A DNA stretch of 44,561 nt, taken from contig JANXOJ010000534.1 of NCBI GenBank assembly GCA_025353625.1, forward strand, positions 1 through 44,561. Direction: 5' to 3'. This stretch comes from Planctomycetota bacterium (GTDB lineage: Bacteria > Planctomycetota > Planctomycetia > Pirellulales > Thermoguttaceae). Positions 30,364 through 34,880 of this stretch are shown here, one piece after another (the stretch's first letter is position 1; each line of letters starts with the position of its first letter). Below the pieces are notes generated by a model. It worked only from the letters and a program-made list of their open reading frames with translations, was not told the origin of the DNA and ran no database searches. Made by a program: the position numbers and the translations under genes.

Positions 30364-31512
30364 CTATTCCTCCCCCTGACCGCTCCGCATGCTGCAATAA
30401 CTTTCGTAGCGGCGAGCGTCCAGGTGGCCTTCCGCCACGGCGTTTTTCACCGCGCAAGCCTCTTCGTGCGTGTGCGAGCAGTTCGGGAAGCGGCAGAGGC
30501 TGACGTAGGGACGCAGGTCGCGATAATAGCCGGCCACCTCTTCAGGAATCACGTCCCACAGCTCGAAGCTTCGCATGCCGGGCGTATCGACCACGAATCC
30601 CCCGCACCCAATCGGCAATAGTCGCGCGGTCGTCGTGGTGTGCCGGCCTTTTTCGTTCTCTGCACTGACGGCGGCAACGCGGAGGTGCAGGTCCGTATCG
30701 ATGGCATTCAAAAGAGACGACTTGCCGACGCCGCTCTGCCCAGCGACGACGCTCTGGCGATCGGCCACCAACCGCCGCAATCGTTCGATTCCGAAGCCGG
30801 TTCGCGCGCTGACCATCACCAAATGATAGCCCATGCGACTGTAGACGCCGATCAGCGGTTGCAAGCTGGCCGGATCGATGAGGTCGATCTTGTTGATGCA
30901 GATCAACGGCCGGACGCGCCCTTTTTCAGCGGCGACCAGTATGCGATCGATGAGGTTCGGCTTCAAGCGCGGTTCGGCCGCGCTGGTAACGATCAGCAAC
31001 TGATCGACGTTTGAAACCAGCACGTGCCGACGGCCGCGGACGGCGCGAGAAAGCGTGCCGTAGCGCGGTTCGACGCGCTCGATGACGCCTTCGCAGGGTT
31101 GCGATTGTGCGATCGGCTGAAACACAACGCGATCGCCCGCCACGACCGGGTTCCGCTCGTCGGTACTCAAGGTTCTGAGAATCCGCCGCGTCGCACACTG
31201 CACCACGCTGCCATCGTCGCTAAGCACGGTACTGGAAATACCTTGGACGGAAAGCACGCGGCCCCGGCGACAAGTTGCCTCATCAACTTCCAGGTGGACG
31301 TTGGGGACTTCGGCACCGGCCATCTCGGGGGCCATTTCGGCGGTGTGGATCGTCCGCCGCCGCGTCAATTCGCCCTTGCCGCTGAGCCGCTCTTCCGTCT
31401 CGGGGGCCTGCTCCTGGAAGCCGTGCTCGTCAAATTCCCGCGTCCAGTTGGTCTTCCTGGCACGCGGCGTGCGGTTCTTACGAAATTCCGCCCTGAATTT
31501 CTTTTTGGCCAT
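30364..31512 (-). CDS. rsgA: Ribosome small-subunit-dependent GTPase A with a K/R-rich N-terminal extension
   Basis: The GTPase is circularly permuted: NVDQLLIV, INKIDL, GQSGVGKSSLLNA and DTPGMRSF. A C-terminal zinc knuckle, CRFPNCSHTHEEACAV, is present. Confidence 0.92.
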   Translation of the reverse strand: MAKKKFRAEFRKNRTPRARKTNWTREFDEHGFQEQAPETEERLSGKGELTRRRTIHTAEMAPEMAGAEVPNVHLEVDEATCRRGRVLSVQGISSTVLSDDGSVVQCATRRILRTLSTDERNPVVAGDRVVFQPIAQSQPCEGVIERVEPRYGTLSRAVRGRRHVLVSNVDQLLIVTSAAEPRLKPNLIDRILVAAEKGRVRPLICINKIDLIDPASLQPLIGVYSRMGYHLVMVSARTGFGIERLRRLVADRQSVVAGQSGVGKSSLLNAIDTDLHLRVAAVSAENEKGRHTTTTARLLPIGCGGFVVDTPGMRSFELWDVIPEEVAGYYRDLRPYVSLCRFPNCSHTHEEACAVKNAVAEGHLDARRYESYCSMRSGQGEE

Positions 31513-32007
31513 CTATATCGGCTCGTCGCTAATGCGGCCTTGCTTGAGCTTGCCCGGCTCGTCTTTGGAAATATCGAATCGCTGCGGACGCTCGCGATCC
31601 GTGGGAATCGGCTTCTGCCGGGCCGAACGACGTCCTTCCAAACCGGCTCGTTCCAAGAGGCTCTGGCCGAAAATCTTTTCTTCGGAGACTTCCGGCGGCG
31701 GCGGACCCACGGCACCCAAATCGACCGGGGCGTATTTGACCTCATAGGCATGCTTGGCCACCCAAAGAATATCGCCCGGATCGACCCGCTTTTCCGTGAC
31801 CCGGTTTCCATTCACCTTGACGCCGTTGCGGCTGTTCATGTCGCGGACGTACCAGAATCCAGATCGGATAAAAAGTTCGCAATGATGGGAGGAGACGTTG
31901 GAAAACCGCAGCACGATATCGCAACTCTCGCGACGGCCCACCAGGAGCGTTTCTTTCAACAAGGGAATGGGATCGCCACCACCTACCGGGAGTAGTTCGC
32001 CGTACAT
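31513..32007 (-). CDS. FHA domain-containing protein
   Basis: The FHA core is LLVGRRESCDIVLRFSNVSSHHCELFIRSGFWYVRDMNSRNGVKVNGNRV, followed by a basic disordered tail. The stop codon (31513-31515) directly abuts the rsgA ATG (31512). Confidence 0.85.
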   Translation of the reverse strand: MYGELLPVGGGDPIPLLKETLLVGRRESCDIVLRFSNVSSHHCELFIRSGFWYVRDMNSRNGVKVNGNRVTEKRVDPGDILWVAKHAYEVKYAPVDLGAVGPPPPEVSEEKIFGQSLLERAGLEGRRSARQKPIPTDRERPQRFDISKDEPGKLKQGRISDEPI

Positions 32008-32036
32008 TGGATTGCCTTTGCCTTACGTTAGTCGAT

Positions 32037-32074
32037 CTTGTCGCGGAAGCCGTACTGGCTTGTCGCGGAAGCCG
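32037..32074. promoter_or_regulatory. Two direct copies of a 16-nt motif upstream of the FHA-rsgA operon
   Basis: CTTGTCGCGGAAGCCG occurs at 32037-32052 and again at 32059-32074 (22-nt period). This is 30-67 nt upstream of the FHA start codon on the minus strand. Its function is not established. Confidence 0.4.
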
Positions 32075-32286
32075 GGCAGGGTGGGTGTCCAGCATTCCGT
32101 TGCATCCGCATCCGACGCCAAGAGCCACCAAGTAACGATATTTTCCCGGTAGTCGGTTTTCACTGCGACTATCACCACCCGTTCCAATATCCACAACTTC
32201 CACTTTTAGTCTAATAGTCGGCCATCGGCGCGTCAACCCACGGCAAGTGCAGGCGAACTGCAAAGTCCGGGGGCGGGTCCATTTTT

Positions 32287-32600
32287 GGTTCATCCGTATC
32301 AGGACCGCGCGCGGAAAGCGTTACGTCGTAAGCGGCTGCGCCGCTGGATTTTTTTAAGCATGGGGCGGGTGTCCAATCGGATTCAAGAAAACGGCCCCTG
32401 GTGATGAGAATTATCGGGGGCCTAGACGCGCCATGGGCGCACCGGAGCCTGGATATCCCTTGTCAGGTTGCGTCCCTGCGGAGCCCGAAGGTGTTTCTCC
32501 AGCCAGTCCCCTTGTAACCGAGTTGGCAAACGGTAGGTAAGTACTATTGGACACCCGACTTATGCCTTGAAAATCCCTCCGGGCGAAGCCTGCCGTGCGT
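32287..32600 (+). repeat. Copy 1 of a paralogous ~300-nt element (partner at 34501-34815)
   Basis: It aligns by hand with copy 2 in direct orientation. Shared blocks are GGT.CATCCG, GCGCGGA..CGTAAG, AGCGGCT..GGATTTTTT, GTGTCCAAT, AAAACGGCCCC, the identical 27-mer TGGATATCCCTTGTCAGGTTGCGTCCC (32450-32476), GTTTCTCCAG, and ATTGGACAC..GACTTATGCCT.GAAAATCC. Confidence 0.85.
32366..32557 (+). ncRNA. Candidate structured RNA core, copy 1 (unclassified)
   Basis: A 12-bp closing helix (32366-32377 / 32546-32557) encloses the core. An internal hairpin at 32393-32422 has a GAGA loop and G-U pairs that form only on the + strand. A small hairpin GCGCC-ATG-GGCGC is also present. The helices are preserved in copy 2 with compensatory changes. 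The strand and the RNA nature are inferences from only two sequences. Confidence 0.35.
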
Positions 32601-32639
32601 GTCAAGCTGGCGAATCGGGGTCAGGTAGAGACCAAAGCA

Positions 32640-32912
32640 CTAGCTTTGCCCAAAGTTCTCCGCAAACAGCTCTTCCAGGGCCGTTAGGGCGGCTTCGGCT
32701 TGCTCGCCTTCGGCCTCCAATGTCAAGCAAGTTCCTTTGCAGGCCCCGAGCGTGAGCAGTTGCAGAATGTCGGTGGCGTCCGCTTGACCATTTGGCGCGA
32801 CAATCACGACTTTACATTTAAATTGATGGGCAAGAAAGAATACCGCGCCGCTCCCTCGTAGGTTCAGCCCACCGGGGTTCGTTACGACGACATTCCGTGA
32901 ACTCATTTCCAT
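32640..32912 (-). CDS. HPr-like (PTS phosphocarrier fold) protein lacking the canonical His15 and Ser46
   Basis: The 90-aa product aligns by eye with HPr. TNPGGLNLRGS aligns with TAPNGLHTRPA, and NGQADATDILQLLTLG aligns with NGKSASAKSLFKLQTLG. A C-terminal EAEGEQAEAALTALEELF resembles SAEGEDEQKAVEHLVKLM. The active-site His position reads Asn and the regulatory Ser position reads Asp. Confidence 0.7.
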   Translation of the reverse strand: MEMSSRNVVVTNPGGLNLRGSGAVFFLAHQFKCKVVIVAPNGQADATDILQLLTLGACKGTCLTLEAEGEQAEAALTALEELFAENFGQS

Positions 32913-32985
32913 CTATCCCAATCCCTTGGCCGACAATCTCAGTTTAGACCACGTTGCGCCGCTGCGGCAGGACCTTCAACATATA

Positions 32986-33047
32986 TTCCGGGGACACAAT
33001 ACTTAATTCATGGATGATGCCGATAATTTAGTATTGTGTCCCCGGAA
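32986..33047. repeat. 62-nt palindromic element, copy 1
   Basis: The sequence is TTCCGGGGACACAATACTTAATT-CATGGATGATGCCGAT-AATTTAGTATTGTGTCCCCGGAA. It forms an 18-bp perfect stem, then one mismatch, then 4 more bp, with a 16-nt loop. Copy 2 at 34043-34104 is near-identical. Confidence 0.9.
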
Positions 33048-33201
33048 CCCTCCCCGTGCTAATCTCGCTATGCCTTGGATCTAACAAATCCCTTGCTCCG
33101 CGTCAACAATTAAGTTATGTGTCCCGGAATTCGGTGGTGACCGCTTACACTTTACGTGTAGTACGAGGAACAGTACTTTCCGCGCGGCCCAGTGAGGACT
33201 G

Positions 33202-33684
33202 CTACTTGAATTCATTCAGAGCGACGCCGACCAACGCTATGCACAGCGGAAAAAGCGAAATTACAAACGCGATTACCGCAGCCGTTCGCACCCAGTTGGG
33301 CGACTTTCGTGCGAAGAACCATGTTACTGCTGCAAAAGCTGTTCCGAGGAAAGGAAAGATGCAGATCAAGAGCGATATGATAGCGAGGCATTTCACGATA
33401 AACGAGTCACGGAAGCTGACGAAGTGCCGCAAGTCACTTTCGTGACAGTTTCGCAAATCCTCGCAGGAGAGGGTCGACATAAGTTTGGCACCGCAATTCC
33501 CGCATTTGACGAATGTAGAACGGTTGCTGTCAAGAATGGGAATGCAGTGAAAAAGCATCGGTGTTTCTGTTAGGTCGTACGCCAAGGATGGAACGCGGGT
33601 GTCGCCGCATGCCCCGCAGTCGACGTTAATCGGCAAGTTGGCGGTGCATTCATAGCGGAAGCCCAAGATCAAATGCTCTAGCAT
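33202..33684 (-). CDS. Zinc-ribbon-like (2x CxxC) protein with two C-terminal TM helices
   Basis: The 160-aa product from the ATG at 33684 begins MLEHLILGFRYECTANLPINVDCGACGD...VKCGNCGAKL. Two hydrophobic helices follow (IVKCLAIISLLICIFPFLGTAFAAV and AAVIAFVISLFPLCIALVGVAL). GC is about 50% by hand count, below the neighbouring genes. No family was recognised. Confidence 0.55.
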   Translation of the reverse strand: MLEHLILGFRYECTANLPINVDCGACGDTRVPSLAYDLTETPMLFHCIPILDSNRSTFVKCGNCGAKLMSTLSCEDLRNCHESDLRHFVSFRDSFIVKCLAIISLLICIFPFLGTAFAAVTWFFARKSPNWVRTAAVIAFVISLFPLCIALVGVALNEFK

Positions 33685-33688
33685 GATG

Positions 33689-33847
33689 TCACTCCCACGC
33701 CACGACGACCGGCTTATCGATGGAAACGCCCAGCCGCGCGGCGGCGTTGTCGCCGACGATGGCCAACTCCAGGCGATACGTGGAGCCGATGAGGCCCACC
33801 AACATGCCGGGTGCCTGCTCGCCAACGGATAGGAATTTCGTGTGCAT
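33689..33847 (-). CDS. 52-aa protein with weak CsrA-like beta-strand pattern
   Basis: The product is MHTKFLSVGEQAPGMLVGLIGSTYRLELAIVGDNAAARLGVSIDKPVVVAWE. Its stop lies 2 nt before the ATG of the next gene, so only 33685-33686 separate them. RLGVSIDKPVVVAWE matches E. coli CsrA RIGVNAPKEVSVHRE at 7 of 15 positions by my eye alignment. The RNA-binding arginines are not conserved. Confidence 0.3.
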   Translation of the reverse strand: MHTKFLSVGEQAPGMLVGLIGSTYRLELAIVGDNAAARLGVSIDKPVVVAWE

Positions 33848-34001
33848 GAGCCTATTCCAAAGGAAGTGGAGAGTCAAGCAGGGGTACGCAAATGTGACGG
33901 GCACCAAAGCTGACGAGTTCAGGAGGACTGGGTAGATTCGTGGCATGGCACGCGTCGCAAGACATGCTCCTGGAGGAACGGTTTTCCACGTCTTGAATCA
34001 T

Positions 34002-34028
34002 GGTGCGGGTCGCCGCACCCTTTTTATT
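34002..34028 (+). terminator. + strand rho-independent terminator-like hairpin
   Basis: Stem GGTGCGG (34002-34008) / CCGCACC (34013-34019) has a 4-nt loop and is followed by CTTTTTATT. No T-run follows on the minus strand. No + strand gene is evident upstream. Confidence 0.45.
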
Positions 34029-34042
34029 CTGCACCCTTTTTA

Positions 34043-34104
34043 TTCCGGGGACACAATACTTAATTCATGGATGACGTTGATAATTTAGTATTGTGTCCCC
34101 GGAA
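34043..34104. repeat. 62-nt palindromic element, copy 2
   Basis: Both arms are identical to those of copy 1. The loop is CATGGATGACGTTGAT, differing at 3 loop positions. It lies in the same orientation, 1057 nt from copy 1. Confidence 0.9.
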
Positions 34105-34500
34105 CTCCATCGCGGAAAATCCTCGACGTATGTAACAAAGCGCAACTGGATGCAATTCAGAGACTTAAAATTGAGGTTCATCCGCCTGAAGCTTGCGCAA
34201 CGCTTTCACTGCGAACCCGGAGGGATGCAAATGCGAGGCGGGGTGCCCGCATTGACCCTGGAGAGGTCTCCAGCAATTAGCCGGTGGTAAGCGCAGCACC
34301 ACCACCGGTTTCGATGCACGATACAACCTTTTGACCCTGGAGGGAAGAAGAGGGGTCGAAGCGCGGCTGCGACCCATCCGGGGTCGGAAGGCACGCCCGA
34401 ACCGCTAACCCCGGGTGCGCTGCGCGACCCGGGGCTAATCGCTTATATCCCTCCGGGATTGGCTATTGACCCCGTTTTCTGCGGGGATATATTGATTTCA

Positions 34501-34815
34501 GGTACATCCGACTGAAGAGTGCGCGGACGTAAGTTGTTATGCAGACAGCGGCTTTGCGGCGAGGATTTTTTGAGGAATATGTCCAGTGTCCAATGGGATT
34601 CTCAAAACGGCCCCGGCGGATCGAGTACCAGCCGGGGCCTCAGCCGCCATTGGCGCACTGGAGCATGGATATCCCTTGTCAGGTTGCGTCCCCGCAGAGC
34701 CTGACTCCGTTTCTCCAGACCGTGCCAGTATAGCTGGGAACCAATCTCGGATGCAACCACCATCACCATTGGACACTGGACTTATGCCTCGAAAATCCAC
34801 GGGCCAACGGCCCGC
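34501..34815 (+). repeat. Copy 2 of the paralogous ~300-nt element (partner at 32287-32600)
   Basis: It shows the same shared blocks as copy 1. The identical 27-mer lies at 34666-34692. Confidence 0.85.
34581..34781 (+). ncRNA. Candidate structured RNA core, copy 2 (unclassified)
   Basis: A 16-bp perfect closing helix pairs GTCCAGTGTCCAATGG (34581-34596) with CCATTGGACACTGGAC (34766-34781). The internal hairpin GGCCCCGGC...GCCGGGGCC lies at 34609-34639. A small hairpin CGCC-ATT-GGCG is also present. Confidence 0.35.
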
Positions 34816-34880
34816 GCATTCTTGAGCCAGTTGAACCGTTTTTCAGTTGATCAATCCGGTTCGCCGGTCCGATTGCGTGA

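Noticed and set aside
29713-30621. A 302-aa + strand ORF spanning the GyrI-like gene and the 3' end of rsgA
   Set aside because: It is out of frame with both recognisable genes, and its product is R/P/S-rich without motifs.
31024-31995. A 323-aa + strand ORF antisense to rsgA and the FHA gene
   Set aside because: It is a shadow ORF opposite two genes with clear family motifs.
32399-32412. A hammerhead-ribozyme-like word, CUGGUGAUGAGAA, in copy 1 of the repeated element
   Set aside because: The word is not conserved in copy 2 (GGCGGAUCGAGUA), and I found no matching CGAAA/cleavage-site arrangement.
32462-32480. An SRP-RNA-like GUCAGGU word in the conserved 27-mer
   Set aside because: The GGAA tetraloop and AGCAGC symmetric-loop context of SRP domain IV are absent, and two diverged copies of SRP RNA would be implausible.
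32986-34104. The 62-nt repeats considered as a CRISPR array or as integron attC sites
   Set aside because: There are only two copies, about 1 kb apart. No cas or intI gene is present. I see no GTTRRRY/RYYYAAC core sites, and the elements are near-perfect palindromes rather than CRISPR-like repeats separated by short spacers.
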